A stretch of DNA of 64,000 bases. Source: Patescibacteria group bacterium. GTDB lineage: Bacteria > Patescibacteriota > Gracilibacteria > UBA1369 > PNNO01. Numbering within the stretch: position 1 is the first letter of the stretch; every line of letters starts with the position of its first letter. The notes under the pieces were generated by a model. That model was given only the letters and a program-made list of their open reading frames with translations, did no database searches and was not told the DNA's origin. Positions 9,963 to 21,361 of the stretch are shown piece by piece. The position numbers were made by a program, and so were the translations under genes. The stretch spans positions 1-64,000 of the forward strand of contig JBHPIO010000003.1 in NCBI GenBank assembly GCA_042568575.1. Reading direction: 5' to 3'.

Positions 9963-12900
9963 TTATAATTCACCTAATGTTTGGCTACGTTCTACAACGA
10001 TATTCTCCACAATGTCATCAGGTTGATATTTCCTCATCTCTTTAACAAGATCAGGATTTCGTTTTCGGTAAGTTTCACCTGCAGGAATTAGTTTTCCGAT
10101 GATAACGTTTTCCTTTAATCCTACGAGTGTATCAAGCTTGTTAGTTGTTGATGCTTCAACAAGAACACGGATTGTTTCCTGGAACGAAGCAGCTGATAGC
10201 CAGCTTGAGGTGTATAGAGCAATTCTTGTTAGACCAAGTAGAAGTCTTTCTGTGTGTGCAGGTTCCTTCTTCGCTTTCTTAAGGTCTTTGTTGATGTTAT
10301 CCAAATTGATTTGATCAACCAGTTCACCTGGGAGGAATTTACTATCTCCAGAATCAAGGATACGTGATTTAGAAAGCATTTGTCTCGCAATGATTTCGAT
10401 ATGCTTATCGTTAATAGTCTGACCTTGAGAAGCATATATACTTTGCACTTCCTGCATGATGTACTTCTGAACAATGTAGATGTCTGTTAACTTCATTAAT
10501 TCACGTAGATTGAAGTGACCAGAGGTTAGAGCATCACCTTTTTGAACTATAGCTCCACTCTTAACGACAATTGTTTTTCCCTTAGGGATTGTGTAGATTT
10601 TTTCAACTGATCCTTCAGAAATTAACTCAACGTACTTTTTCCCTACAGTAAGCACTTTCCCTTCACCTTCAGCCTTGATTGTGCTCTTGTGCTTTGTAGA
10701 TTTTGCAAGAACCTGTTTCTCTTTGATCTTGTCTCCTTTTTTAACAGCACTGGCCATATTAGGTCCAAGTTCATATTTTGTAATGATTGGCTCAGACGAA
10801 GTAATTGTAATATGAGCTGTTCTTCCTTTCTGACTAATTTTAACTTTTCCTCCGATCTCAGAAAGTATTGCTGGAGATTTAGGTGCACGAGCTTCAAATA
10901 GTTCTTCAACACGTGTAAGACCTTGTGTGATATCTTTTCCTTCCGCTACACCACCCATATGGAACGTACGCATCGTAAGCTGTGTTCCAGGCTCACCAAT
11001 ACTTTGAGCGGCAATAATACCAACAGCAGTTCCAATATTAACTGTTTTATTGGTTCCAAGATCTTTTCCATAACAACGTACACAAACACCATTAGGAGTT
11101 CCGCATGTCATCACAGAGCGTACTTCTACCTCCTCAACAGTACCATCGATGATTCTTTGTAATTCTTCACGTCCGATTTCTGTTCCTGAAGGGATTAGTA
11201 CTTCTCCTGTTTTAATATCAACGGCATCTTTTATCAAAATTCTACCGTAAATTCTTCTTTCGAATTCTTCACCGATCATTTCACTTTCTTCTCTGGTTAC
11301 TTTATGAGCATGATTAGATCCGCAGTCGTATTCTTTAATAATGATATCTTGAACCGCATCAACTAAACGACGAGTAAGATAACCCGCTTCCGCTGTTTTA
11401 AGCGCTGTATCTGATTTACCTTTACGTCCACCATGTGTTGCAATAAAGTATTCCAAAATTGTAAATCCTTCTTTTAAGTTCGATTTAATTGGAAGTTCGA
11501 TTGTTTTACCAGCCGGATTAGCAACCAGACCTTTAATACCGCAAAGCTGTGTGATCTGTCCCCAGTTACCACGAGCTCCAGAATTAATCATGTAGTGGAT
11601 GTGGTTTTCAGCATCAACGTTTTTGATCATTTCGGCAGTAATGTCTGACTTTGTTTGTGACCACACTTTAATAGTGTGTTTATAACGTTCTTCGTCAGTC
11701 ATTAACCCTTGCTTGTACTGACCTGTGATTTTCTTAACGACTTCAGAAGAATCATCAATGATTTTAGTTTTTGCTTTTGGAACAGTCATGTCTGATGCTG
11801 CAATTGAAAGTCCAGATTTTGTAGCAAATTTAAATCCGATTCTTTTAATCTGATCTGCAAGTTTTGCTGTTGTTTCAGTATCAGTTTGTACAAAACAGTC
11901 AATAATCAGGGCGCTTAATTTCTTTTTAGTCATCGTATCGTTTAGGAAATCAAGCTTATCAGGAATGAATGAGTTGAAGATAAGTCTTCCAACTGTTGTT
12001 TCAACAATTTCATCATCAACGCGAGCTTTAATTGGAGCTTGAATGTGAACGTGTTCAAGTCTGTAGGCAAGAATTGCTTCGTTAATATCGCTGAATACAA
12101 GTCCTTCTCCTTTTTTCCCTGGAGTCATTTTTGTTAAGAAATAACATCCAAGTACCATATCTTGTGTTGGAGTAACAATTGGTTCTCCATGAGATGGTTT
12201 AAGAAGGTTTCTAGATGATGTAATAAGTTTCTTAGCTTCAGCTTGAGCTTGTTTTGATAAAGGTACATGCACAGCCATCTGATCTCCATCGAAATCCGCG
12301 TTGAACGCTGTACAAACGAGTGGGTGAATCTGAATCGCTTTCCCTTCAATTAGTACAGGCTGGAACGCTTGGATACCAAGCCTGTGAAGCGTAGGAGCAC
12401 GATTTAACAGTACGTAATGATTCTTTGTTACTTCTTCCAGGATATCCCAAACTTCTCTTTTGCTTGCTTGTAGAAGCTTTTCTGCATTCTTAATGTTGTG
12501 AGCATATCCGTCTCGAATGAGTCTTCCAATCACAAACGGCTTGAAGAGTTCAAGAGCCATTAGTTTTGGAATACCACATTGGTGAAGTTTAAGTTGTGGT
12601 CCAACCACAATTACTGAACGTCCTGAGTAGTCCACACGTTTACCAAGTAGGTTTTGTCTGAATCGTCCCTGCTTACCTTTAAGCATGTCAGATAGAGACC
12701 TTAGTTTTCGCTTATCTCCTGAGTTAAACACAGTCTTTCCTTGTCTTGCACTGTTGTTAAGAAGTGTATCAACAGCTTCTTGAAGCATACGTTTTTCATT
12801 TCTGCAGATTACTTCAGGAGCTCCAATCGCTATAAGTCTTTTTAGACGATTATTTCTATTAATTACACGTCTGTATAGATCGTTAAGATCTGATGCTGCG

Positions 12901-13868
12901 AAACGTCCTCCATCAAGTTGCACCATTGGACGTAAATCCGGTGGAATAACTGGAAGAACTGTTAGAACCATCCATTCTGGTTTAATTGCAGCCTTATGAA
13001 GACTTCCGCATAGCTTGATTCTCTTAATAATCTTTTTTTGCTTTTGCCCTGAAGATTTTGTTAGATCTTCTTCAAGAGTCACAAGCATTTTTTCAAGATC
13101 GATGTTGTGAATAATTTCACGGATAGATTCAGCACCTGTTCCTGCTTTAAATACATGTCCAAATTTCATTGATAGGTTTCTGTATTCAAGTTCAGAATAT
13201 ACATTTCCAATTTTCAAGTTAGCGAGTTCATCTTTTGCTGTTGAATGTTGTTCATCAAGCTCTTCAATTTTCTTTGCGTATTCTTTTTCTAATGCTGTCA
13301 TTGTCGTTGCTTTAACTTTGTCAGCCTTAGCTTTTTCAACAGAGGCTTTAGCATCATCCTGGATTTTTTTACGATGCTGTTTGTACTCTTCAGCAAGTTG
13401 TGCTTTTGCTTCTTCCTTCGCGTTATCGTCAGCAGTAATAACGATATAAGCAGCAAAGTAAACTACCTGTTCGATTGTTTTAATTGGAAGGTCCAAAAGA
13501 AGCCCGATTCTACTTGGAGTAGAACGTAGAAACCAGATGTGAGTAACTGGTACTGCTAATTTAATGTGACCCATTCGCTCTCTTCTAACTGATGATCTTG
13601 TTACTTCGACTCCACATTTTTCACAAATTACACCTTTGTATCTAATTCTCTTGTACTTTCCACAATAACATTCCCAGTTTTTGGTTGGTCCGAAGATCTT
13701 TTCACAGAAAAGCCCTTCCCGCTCAGGTTTCTGGGTACGATAGTTAATCGTTTCAGGTTTCTTTACTTCGCCATGCGACCATGACAGTATGGCTTCCGGA
13801 GAAGCAACTGATAACGAAATTGAATCGAAGGTATCTATTGTGTGAGAACGTTTTTGTTGTGCTGACAT
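9963..13868 (-). CDS. rpoC: RNA polymerase beta' subunit
   Basis: NADFDGD catalytic motif, N-terminal Zn finger, [12 protein letters not shown]. Confidence 0.99.
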   Translation of the reverse strand: MSAQQKRSHTIDTFDSISLSVASPEAILSWSHGEVKKPETINYRTQKPEREGLFCEKIFGPTKNWECYCGKYKRIRYKGVICEKCGVEVTRSSVRRERMGHIKLAVPVTHIWFLRSTPSRIGLLLDLPIKTIEQVVYFAAYIVITADDNAKEEAKAQLAEEYKQHRKKIQDDAKASVEKAKADKVKATTMTALEKEYAKKIEELDEQHSTAKDELANLKIGNVYSELEYRNLSMKFGHVFKAGTGAESIREIIHNIDLEKMLVTLEEDLTKSSGQKQKKIIKRIKLCGSLHKAAIKPEWMVLTVLPVIPPDLRPMVQLDGGRFAASDLNDLYRRVINRNNRLKRLIAIGAPEVICRNEKRMLQEAVDTLLNNSARQGKTVFNSGDKRKLRSLSDMLKGKQGRFRQNLLGKRVDYSGRSVIVVGPQLKLHQCGIPKLMALELFKPFVIGRLIRDGYAHNIKNAEKLLQASKREVWDILEEVTKNHYVLLNRAPTLHRLGIQAFQPVLIEGKAIQIHPLVCTAFNADFDGDQMAVHVPLSKQAQAEAKKLITSSRNLLKPSHGEPIVTPTQDMVLGCYFLTKMTPGKKGEGLVFSDINEAILAYRLEHVHIQAPIKARVDDEIVETTVGRLIFNSFIPDKLDFLNDTMTKKKLSALIIDCFVQTDTETTAKLADQIKRIGFKFATKSGLSIAASDMTVPKAKTKIIDDSSEVVKKITGQYKQGLMTDEERYKHTIKVWSQTKSDITAEMIKNVDAENHIHYMINSGARGNWGQITQLCGIKGLVANPAGKTIELPIKSNLKEGFTILEYFIATHGGRKGKSDTALKTAEAGYLTRRLVDAVQDIIIKEYDCGSNHAHKVTREESEMIGEEFERRIYGRILIKDAVDIKTGEVLIPSGTEIGREELQRIIDGTVEEVEVRSVMTCGTPNGVCVRCYGKDLGTNKTVNIGTAVGIIAAQSIGEPGTQLTMRTFHMGGVAEGKDITQGLTRVEELFEARAPKSPAILSEIGGKVKISQKGRTAHITITSSEPIITKYELGPNMASAVKKGDKIKEKQVLAKSTKHKSTIKAEGEGKVLTVGKKYVELISEGSVEKIYTIPKGKTIVVKSGAIVQKGDALTSGHFNLRELMKLTDIYIVQKYIMQEVQSIYASQGQTINDKHIEIIARQMLSKSRILDSGDSKFLPGELVDQINLDNINKDLKKAKKEPAHTERLLLGLTRIALYTSSWLSAASFQETIRVLVEASTTNKLDTLVGLKENVIIGKLIPAGETYRKRNPDLVKEMRKYQPDDIVENIVVERSQTLGEL

Positions 13869-13891
13869 ATATAATTAGTTAGTTATGTATA

Positions 13892-14860
13892 TTATATAAA
13901 GTTGAATAATTGACCGATGAATAAGATGTAGAGGATTAAATAAAGAGCCCCTTCAAAATTGTAAAATTTCTTTTCGATTCCTGAGAATACAAGGAATACT
14001 GTTGAAATAATAAAGAACGGGATACCAATATGTAAAACACTGTCTGGCACTGGAAGGTCTGAAATAAGGCCTGAAACACCCATTACCATAAATCCATTGA
14101 AGATGTTGGATCCGAGTACGTTTCCAAGTGCCATTTCGAAATTCCCCTTTTTTGCTGCTGTTATAGAAACAAGAAGTTCAGGTAAAGATGTTCCAACAGC
14201 AACGGCTGTAATTGCAACTATAGCGGTATCAAGTTTAAGGAAGCCTGCAATTGAAATTACAGAATCGATTGTAAAGTTCGCACTTACATAAAGAGCAGCC
14301 GAGGCTAAAGCAATCATTCCGAGGTAATACCATTTGAATTTTGGCTTTTTCCCGCCATCCATTATTTTAAGCAATTTTTTTTCTTTTTCTGCTAAGCCCT
14401 CTTTGTGTTGCGAGATGTTATATAGGACGTAGATTATGAATCCGATGATAGAAAGGACAGCTTCTGGAAAATTAAATACGCCATCCTGCATTGTTAGGAC
14501 CAAAATTGCTCCAGAGCCTACCAACAAAGGAAGGTCGAGCCTAATAATGCTTCTACTTACTTCTACTTTTTTTGCAATTATTGTAGTAATACCAACTACA
14601 AGAAGGATGTTTGCAATGTTTGATCCGATAACATTACCGGCTACAAACCCTGCTTCACCTTTAGTGATTGAGAAAATCGATGTAACCAGTTCCGGCAATG
14701 AAGTGCCGGCACTGATAATAGTTACACCAACTATGAATTGAGGTACGCCAAGCGATAACCCTATCTTTTCTGAGTATCGCACAAAATAATCTGATGACTT
14801 AATCAGAAAGAACAGTGCGGCTGCAAAGACAATGATAGTTGTGAATAATTCAGTTGGCAA
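13892..14860 (-). CDS. Ca2+/Na+ antiporter (YrbG/CaCA family)
   Basis: Two alpha repeats, GTSLPEL...GNVIGSNI and GTSLPEL...GNVLGSNI. Confidence 0.92.
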   Translation of the reverse strand: MPTELFTTIIVFAAALFFLIKSSDYFVRYSEKIGLSLGVPQFIVGVTIISAGTSLPELVTSIFSITKGEAGFVAGNVIGSNIANILLVVGITTIIAKKVEVSRSIIRLDLPLLVGSGAILVLTMQDGVFNFPEAVLSIIGFIIYVLYNISQHKEGLAEKEKKLLKIMDGGKKPKFKWYYLGMIALASAALYVSANFTIDSVISIAGFLKLDTAIVAITAVAVGTSLPELLVSITAAKKGNFEMALGNVLGSNIFNGFMVMGVSGLISDLPVPDSVLHIGIPFFIISTVFLVFSGIEKKFYNFEGALYLILYILFIGQLFNFI

Positions 14861-14885
14861 AGTTTGGCGTGGTTATTAAGTTTTT

Positions 14886-15443
14886 TTAGAGACCAAGGTC
14901 TGCATCAATATTGATTCCACCTTCTTTTTTCTCCTCTTCTTTTTCTTCTACTGGTTCTTCCTCAGGAGCTTCTTCTTCTTTAGCTTCTGGTTCCGGTTTT
15001 TCAGCAGGTTTTTCTTTTTTCGGAGCTTCTTCTGGAGCAGATTCGTTATGAGCCACCATTCCTCCACCTTCATCAACCTGAGGGATGTAATCTTCACCTT
15101 CTTCACCCTTAGGTCTTTTTTCAAGCATGATCATGTCTTGAGCAACAACTTCAGTTCGGAATTTTCGAACACCTTCTGGAGTATCCCAGCTTCGTGTTTT
15201 TAGATAACCTTCGATGTAAACAAGTTTCCCTTTTTTTAGGTATTTGCTGCAGATTTCTGCAAGTCTAGCCCACGCAACAATGTCATGGTATTCAGCTAAG
15301 CTGTGTTTGTCAGAATCTTTTGTGATCCATTCACGGTTTGTTGCGATGCAGAATGTAGTTACCATCTGCCCATTTGCTGTTTGCCTCATCTCTGGGTCCC
15401 TTGTAAGGTTTCCAACCAGGATGACTTTGTTTACGCTTCTCAT
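14886..15443 (-). CDS. ssb: Single-stranded DNA-binding protein with long acidic C-terminal tail
   Basis: SVNKVILVGNLTRDPE, YIEGYLKTRSW. Confidence 0.95.
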   Translation of the reverse strand: MRSVNKVILVGNLTRDPEMRQTANGQMVTTFCIATNREWITKDSDKHSLAEYHDIVAWARLAEICSKYLKKGKLVYIEGYLKTRSWDTPEGVRKFRTEVVAQDMIMLEKRPKGEEGEDYIPQVDEGGGMVAHNESAPEEAPKKEKPAEKPEPEAKEEEAPEEEPVEEKEEEKKEGGINIDADLGL

Positions 15444-15483
15444 TCTCCTAATGGTTAGTAATAAAAATAATAGTAATTAAAAT

Positions 15484-18400
15484 TTAAGCGGCAAGATCTT
15501 TTTCCACTTTTCCTTCACTAAGTTCAACTGCAGCAGTTTCTGTTAAATTAACATCAGTTTGTGCAGGAACGGTATCAACTACCTGTGAACTCAGTTTTTT
15601 AGCTACTTCAGGATCTACTTCTTCACGTTCTTCGTTTCCTTCCTTAAGAATTGCTTTTTCATCCTCGCCTTCAAGCTTTTTAGAGTTTCCAAGATTTACA
15701 TTCAAACATAAACTTTGTAACTCCTTCACAAGAACGTTGAAACTTTCCGGAGTTCTTGGCTTTCGAATCTGTTCTCCTTTAACAATTGATTCGTAAGCTT
15801 TCGCTCTTCCGTATACATCATCAGATTTAATTGTGAGCATTTCCTGCAGTGTATGAGACGCACCGTAAGCCTCGAGCGCCCATACCTCCATTTCTCCAAA
15901 ACGCTGACCACCATGTTGAGCTTTACCTCCGAGAGGCTGCTGAGTAACAAGAGAGTATGGTCCCACACTTCGAGCATGGATTTTATCTTCAATCAAATGC
16001 GATAGCTTCATAATATAAGTTATCCCAACTGTAGTTTCGTGATCGAAAGGTTCTCCTGTTCGTCCATCATATAACTGAATCTTTCCTTCTTCAGGAAGGC
16101 CAGCTTTCTTTAGTTGGCGAGTAACTTCTTCAGTTCCCATACCGTTTAACGCAGGTGTAGCAACTTTGATATTTAGTTTTGAAGCTGCCCATCCAACGTG
16201 AGTTTCAAGAATCTGTCCTATATTCATACGACTTGATACACCAAGTGGATTTAGGATGATATCAACTGGAGTTCCATCAGGAAGGAATGGCATATCCTCT
16301 TGTGGGACGATAACTGAGATCACACCTTTATTTCCGTGTCGTCCAGCAACTTTATCACCAACAGAGATCTTTCTTGTTTGAGCAACTGCTACTCTAATTT
16401 GCTTGTTAACACCTGTAGGCAGTTCGTCTCCGTTTTTTCGTGTGAACAATTGAACTCCAACGACCTTTCCTCCTTCACCACCTGGTAAACGAAGCGATGT
16501 GTCTTTTACGTCACGCGCTTTATCTCCAAAGATTGCTCGAAGTAGGCGTTCTTCCGCAGTTAGTTCAGTTTCACCTTTTGGCGTGATTTTACCAACAAGG
16601 ATATCACCTTCTCTAACGTGCGCACCAATTCGAACGATACCGTCTTCATCAAGATCTTTTAATTTATTTTCACCGACATTTGGAATGTCTCGAGTGATAA
16701 TTTCAGGTCCGAGTTTTGTATCTCGAACGTCAATTGTAAAGTTTTCAATATGTACTGAATCGTATTCACCATCTCTTACAAGTCGGTCAGAAATAATTAC
16801 CGCATCTTCAAAGTTATAACCTTGCCAAGCCATGTATGCTACAAGAAGGTTTTTACCTAGAGCGAGTTCTCCCTGATCGGTAGATGCACCGTCAGCAAGA
16901 ACCTGACCTTTTTTAACTTTGTCTCCGGTATTTACAACTGCACGTTGATGGATTGCAGTAGCCTGATTAGATCTTTGATAAACATGTAATTCATAAGTTA
17001 CCTTACGACCATTTTTATAGATCACTGTGATTTCATCTGCATCAACATAAGACACAGTTCCATCATCTTCAGCAAGAACTACCTGTCCTGAACTTTTAGC
17101 TGCGACTTCTTCCATACCTGTTCCAACAACAGGGGCGCTAGGACTGATCAAAGAAACGGCTTGTCGTTGCATGTTCGATCCCATTGAAGCACGAGTGTTA
17201 TCATCATGCTCAAGGAATGGAATTAACGATGTTGTAATAGAAATGATCTGTTTAGGAGAGATATCAATATGGGTGACATCATCAACATGAGCCATTTCCG
17301 CTTCTCCATTATTACGTGCAGCAACACGAGTGGTTTTAAGCTCATCAGTTTTGTCATCGATCTCTGTATTAGCCTGAGCAATGGTTAATTTCTTTTCTTC
17401 GTCCGCATCGTAATATTTTATGTTTCCAGCAACGTAAGGACGAACTTTGATTTCACTTTTCTTCACTTTTTCGATTTCCTTTGCCTGTTTTTCATCAATC
17501 TTTTCGCCTGCCTTAACAATTACTTTTTTGCGTGCGTTAGAAATTGATTCAGCAGCAGTTCTTCCAATAAGATTGCCGGCTTTATTTTTTACATGACGAG
17601 AAATTTCGATAAACGGAGTTTCAATAAATCCGTATTCGTTAACACGCCCGAAGGAAGCAAGATGCACTACAAGTCCAATGTTTGGTCCTTCCGGTGTTGC
17701 AATAGGGCAGATTCTTCCGTAGTGAGATGTATGTACATCACGAACATCAAACGAAGCTCTTTCGCGTGAAAGTCCTCCAGGTCCCATAGCAGATAGACGT
17801 CTTTTGTGAGCAAGCTCAGCGAGTGGATTTGTTTGATCCATGAACTGAGAAAGCTGAGAACTCGCGAAGAATTCTCGAAGCGCTGCAGTAATTGGACGTG
17901 AATTGATAAGCTGTGTTGGAGTGATTGTATCAATATCCATTACAGTCATACGATCTTTTGCGATTCTATCTGTTCGTAAGAGACCTACACGGAACTTGTT
18001 CTGAACAAGTTCTCCAACCGCTCTTACACGACGATTACTTAAGTGATCGATATCATCTGGTTTCATTTCTCCATTATTCAAGGTAACCAGATACTTTAAT
18101 ATATAAACAAGATCATCAACTTGGAATGTATGATATTTTTTCTTGTTTGGAGTATCTAGTTCAAAACGTTTGTTTAGTTTGTATCTTGCAACTGGCCCCA
18201 TGTCATATTTTCTATAGTCAAAGAACATTGAGTGGATCAGTGCTTTTGCGTTTTCAGGAGTAGCCAAATCACCAGGACGAATTTTCCTGTAGATACTTTG
18301 ATATGCTTCTTCAACAGTTTTTGATGGATCCTTCTCTAATGTGTTCAGGATGTAATCATGTTCTACATCAAGTGTTACATTTTTGAATATATCAAGGATC

Positions 18401-19362
18401 TCTTTATCTTTTTCGAAACCAAAAACTCTTAGTAGTGCAGAAATAGGAATTTTACGTTTTCTATCAATCTTTACTGTGATAATTCCTTTTTTGTCAGTTT
18501 CAATTTCCAGCCATGCTCCACGTTTTGGAATGATTTTTGCACTGTGCATTCCTGGTGCAGCAGAATTTTCTGAGAAGAACACACCTGGAGATCTTACGAT
18601 CTGACTTACAACTACACGTTCGATACCATTTATAATGAAAGTCCCACGACCTGTCATTAAAGGTATGCTTCCAAGGAATACGTCTTGCTCTTTAATTTCA
18701 CCTGTCTCTTTGTTGATCAACTGAACATGAACTTTTAAAGGAGCTTCAAAAGTTAAATTCTTCGTTTTGGCTTGTTCAGGATTGTATTTTGGTTCACCAA
18801 TAGCATGTTCAAGAAAATGAAGTTCAAGTTTCTTTCCTGAGAAATCTGTAATAGGAGAAACCTCATCCAAAAGTTCACGTAGTCCCTCTTCCAAGAACCA
18901 CTTGTATGATAGCAGCTGAACTTCAATAAGTGGTGGAAGCCCAATGTCTGCATCACGCTGAGGAGAGAAATAGGTTCTCTGCGCTGTCTTAACTACTGGA
19001 GCAGAAATCTTTTCAATAAATGGAGCCATCGAGAAAGCATCACCTTCAATCATAGTTTTCTTCTTCCTTAGACTTACTCTTTTTGCTGGTTTTACTTCTT
19101 CTTTCTTTGTTGGGGCTGCTTTAATTGGCGCTACCTTTTTGGTAACCTTAGCAACTTCTTTTTTCTTCACAACTTTCTTCACAACCTTTTTAGGAGCTGT
19201 TTTTTTCGGAGCAGCCTTTTTTACAGTTTTTGCAGCTTTTTTGGTTGCAGCAGGCTTTGCCTTTTTAGTAGCTTTTGCTAATTTTGGCTTGACAGAAGCC
19301 TTAACTTGTTTTTTGGCTGGCTTTTTCACAGCCTTATTTTTGGAAGATGATTTAGAAGGCAT
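15484..19362 (-). CDS. rpoB: RNA polymerase beta subunit with Lys/Ala-rich N-terminal extension
   Basis: [39 protein letters not shown]. Confidence 0.99.
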   Translation of the reverse strand: MPSKSSSKNKAVKKPAKKQVKASVKPKLAKATKKAKPAATKKAAKTVKKAAPKKTAPKKVVKKVVKKKEVAKVTKKVAPIKAAPTKKEEVKPAKRVSLRKKKTMIEGDAFSMAPFIEKISAPVVKTAQRTYFSPQRDADIGLPPLIEVQLLSYKWFLEEGLRELLDEVSPITDFSGKKLELHFLEHAIGEPKYNPEQAKTKNLTFEAPLKVHVQLINKETGEIKEQDVFLGSIPLMTGRGTFIINGIERVVVSQIVRSPGVFFSENSAAPGMHSAKIIPKRGAWLEIETDKKGIITVKIDRKRKIPISALLRVFGFEKDKEILDIFKNVTLDVEHDYILNTLEKDPSKTVEEAYQSIYRKIRPGDLATPENAKALIHSMFFDYRKYDMGPVARYKLNKRFELDTPNKKKYHTFQVDDLVYILKYLVTLNNGEMKPDDIDHLSNRRVRAVGELVQNKFRVGLLRTDRIAKDRMTVMDIDTITPTQLINSRPITAALREFFASSQLSQFMDQTNPLAELAHKRRLSAMGPGGLSRERASFDVRDVHTSHYGRICPIATPEGPNIGLVVHLASFGRVNEYGFIETPFIEISRHVKNKAGNLIGRTAAESISNARKKVIVKAGEKIDEKQAKEIEKVKKSEIKVRPYVAGNIKYYDADEEKKLTIAQANTEIDDKTDELKTTRVAARNNGEAEMAHVDDVTHIDISPKQIISITTSLIPFLEHDDNTRASMGSNMQRQAVSLISPSAPVVGTGMEEVAAKSSGQVVLAEDDGTVSYVDADEITVIYKNGRKVTYELHVYQRSNQATAIHQRAVVNTGDKVKKGQVLADGASTDQGELALGKNLLVAYMAWQGYNFEDAVIISDRLVRDGEYDSVHIENFTIDVRDTKLGPEIITRDIPNVGENKLKDLDEDGIVRIGAHVREGDILVGKITPKGETELTAEERLLRAIFGDKARDVKDTSLRLPGGEGGKVVGVQLFTRKNGDELPTGVNKQIRVAVAQTRKISVGDKVAGRHGNKGVISVIVPQEDMPFLPDGTPVDIILNPLGVSSRMNIGQILETHVGWAASKLNIKVATPALNGMGTEEVTRQLKKAGLPEEGKIQLYDGRTGEPFDHETTVGITYIMKLSHLIEDKIHARSVGPYSLVTQQPLGGKAQHGGQRFGEMEVWALEAYGASHTLQEMLTIKSDDVYGRAKAYESIVKGEQIRKPRTPESFNVLVKELQSLCLNVNLGNSKKLEGEDEKAILKEGNEEREEVDPEVAKKLSSQVVDTVPAQTDVNLTETAAVELSEGKVEKDLAA

Positions 19363-19469
19363 AATAAAAATTAAGTAACGGAATATGGCTTTAAAATGCG
19401 CTATCTCTCACAACTCATTCGTAAATCCCCTGGGTAATGAAAAAGGGGGGTTTCTCTGACAGCAAAGTC

Positions 19470-19497
19470 ATTCTATTTATTTTCGAGTTGTTGTCAA
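19470..19497 (-). promoter_or_regulatory. Sigma70-type promoter of rpoB
   Basis: Minus strand TTGACA-N16-TAGAAT about 110 nt upstream of the start codon. Confidence 0.65.
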
Positions 19498-19514
19498 GAA
19501 AATTCGCCACCTTG

Positions 19515-19542
19515 TTGACAAATGCCATAAATTCGTTATAGT
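19515..19542 (+). promoter_or_regulatory. Sigma70-type promoter of the orphan gene pair
   Basis: TTGACA-N16-TATAGT, divergent from the rpoB promoter. Confidence 0.7.
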
Positions 19543-19601
19543 TGTCGTCTGGATTCGAAACTTGCTATTGAGGGGGGACCTCAATGAGAAGGGAGATCAG
19601 A

Positions 19602-19925
19602 ATGCGTTGTGTATTGTTCGTTTACAACCTTGGTAGAAAGCTCACGTTGAGCGAAATCCAAGAGCGGGAGAAGTTCCTAAGTGAGGAGATCGTTCACATT
19701 ATGTATAGGATGCCCTCGGATGAAGATCTTGCGGCTCTGATTGCCATGAGGTATGGCTTTGTCAGCGTTATCGAGATTCTCAGGGACGACCCTACCGGAC
19801 TATCTGGATTGCAGGAAGCCCGGGAGGCTACAATCGTGCATCAGCGCATCATTTACGCTGATGATGACGGTGTCATACACGATGTGCCTCTTGATGTGAA
19901 TTTGGAAGAAGGCGCAGATCGTTAG
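19602..19925 (+). CDS. Orphan protein, copy 1 of a tandem paralog pair
   Basis: ATG at 19602 is preceded by AGGGAG (alternative start 19584). It aligns with the next ORF (YNLGR, MPSD..LAAL, EI.R....GLSGLQ.AR). Confidence 0.75.
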   Translation: MRCVLFVYNLGRKLTLSEIQEREKFLSEEIVHIMYRMPSDEDLAALIAMRYGFVSVIEILRDDPTGLSGLQEAREATIVHQRIIYADDDGVIHDVPLDVNLEEGADR

Positions 19926-19985
19926 GGCGCCTAGATTCGAAACTTGCCATGGGGGATAAGGCCCTCAATGAGGAGGAAGACCAGA

Positions 19986-20336
19986 ATGTGTACAGTGCTT
20001 GAGTACAATCTCGGTAGAGAGCTCTTCAGGAGAGAAGTCCTGGAGCTAGAGAGATTTCTGGACGAACCGGTCACGAGTGTCATCTACAAGATGCCTTCGG
20101 ACGGAGAGCTCGCCGCCTTGCTGCTGAACGACGATGATTGCAGGGGATGCGACGTTGTCGAGATCAACAGAAGTAGCTCGGACGGGCTTAGCGGTCTACA
20201 GATGGCTCGAAAGCTCGGATCTGTGAAGCAGCGTTTCGTCTGCGCCGGCGTTCACGGAATCGTGGGCGACCTGCTCGATACTGCAGATCTGGAAGATGCA
20301 GATTCCCGTGAGGCCATCCGCGTCGGCTGCTGCTGA
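19986..20336 (+). CDS. Orphan protein, copy 2 of a tandem paralog pair
   Basis: ATG at 19986 is preceded by AGGAGG; paralogous to 19602..19925. Confidence 0.75.
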   Translation: MCTVLEYNLGRELFRREVLELERFLDEPVTSVIYKMPSDGELAALLLNDDDCRGCDVVEINRSSSDGLSGLQMARKLGSVKQRFVCAGVHGIVGDLLDTADLEDADSREAIRVGCC

Positions 20337-20377
20337 ACACACAACCAAAAGCCCGCTGGTCATCGTACCTGCGGCAT

Positions 20378-20403
20378 GGGCGCTTGAAACGGGCGCCCTT
20401 TTT
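20378..20403 (+). terminator. Intrinsic terminator
   Basis: GGGCGCTT-gaaac-GGGCGCCC followed by a T run. Confidence 0.75.
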
Positions 20404-20513
20404 CTCACGATACGGTTCCGCTCATTTTGTTCGCTTCAATGTATCGTTCAAAAACATCCGCATCCAAAAAGGTTGGGACATGGATATCAATCTTAATGCA
20501 AATACATGCTTTA

Positions 20514-21266
20514 TTAAGAAATTTTAGCGTTTGTGAAATATTTGTCGTAATACTCTTTCATCTCTTTCAAATGCTTAAGTAGCTTTTCATCATTACCAGC
20601 TTCAAGGAATTTTGGATTAACCTTCATTGAAATTGTTCCTGGGAATTCGTCTTGCTTTAGCTTTGTTAAAAAGCTTTCAAGTGGAAGAATTCCATCATCA
20701 GGAAGATAATACTTCTTTGAACCTTTAACATTTGATATGTGAATGTGAACCAGATATTTTTCAAGTGTTTTGTAAACACGCATTAGATCCTGGCGTTTTG
20801 TCGCGATTCTTGTTGTGTCGATACATGCATGTTTAAACTTTTTCATTTCCACAATGTTGTTCATCGCATGTTTTGGAATGATTCCAAGGATAAGATCCGC
20901 AGGAGCGTTCTCAAGCGCGATCGAAATATTTTCCTTAGCGCGAATTTTTGGAACTTTATTTTTAAGCCATGAAGTCTGCCCGAAATTCAAAATCTTTGGT
21001 GGCTGAATAATAATCACTTTGCTATGAATTTTCTTTGCCATTTCAATAGTTTTATCCAAACGTTTTGGAGTTGCATCAGGCAGTTGAACCGAAAGAATAG
21101 GAAGTCCGTATTCAGACGATAGACTCTTAATATAATCAGCATTATGAGTGTCGTAGTTCTTATCTTCTATATATAGGTCAATTCCGTCGTATCCAGCTTC
21201 CTTTGCAAACTGAAAGATGCGGTTTAGTCCGTACCCATGTAATGAATCTGTTGATAACGCAAGCAT
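20514..21266 (-). CDS. Sugar phosphate isomerase/epimerase family TIM-barrel protein
   Basis: AKEAGYDGIDL, IALEN, CIDTT, VHIHISN pattern; some metal ligands look degenerate. Confidence 0.8.
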   Translation of the reverse strand: MLALSTDSLHGYGLNRIFQFAKEAGYDGIDLYIEDKNYDTHNADYIKSLSSEYGLPILSVQLPDATPKRLDKTIEMAKKIHSKVIIIQPPKILNFGQTSWLKNKVPKIRAKENISIALENAPADLILGIIPKHAMNNIVEMKKFKHACIDTTRIATKRQDLMRVYKTLEKYLVHIHISNVKGSKKYYLPDDGILPLESFLTKLKQDEFPGTISMKVNPKFLEAGNDEKLLKHLKEMKEYYDKYFTNAKIS

Positions 21267-21361
21267 ACTAATTTATTTAAATGTTCATGTTATTTTAACA
21301 CAAAAAGGCATGTTCTGGCAACCACTTAGGGGTTTACAAAATTAAAGTGTTTAGCATGAGT

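Noticed and set aside
19550-19566. boxA in the leader of orphan pair A
   Set aside because: GGATTCGAAACT matches the boxA consensus too weakly to count, so only cassettes B, C and D are claimed.
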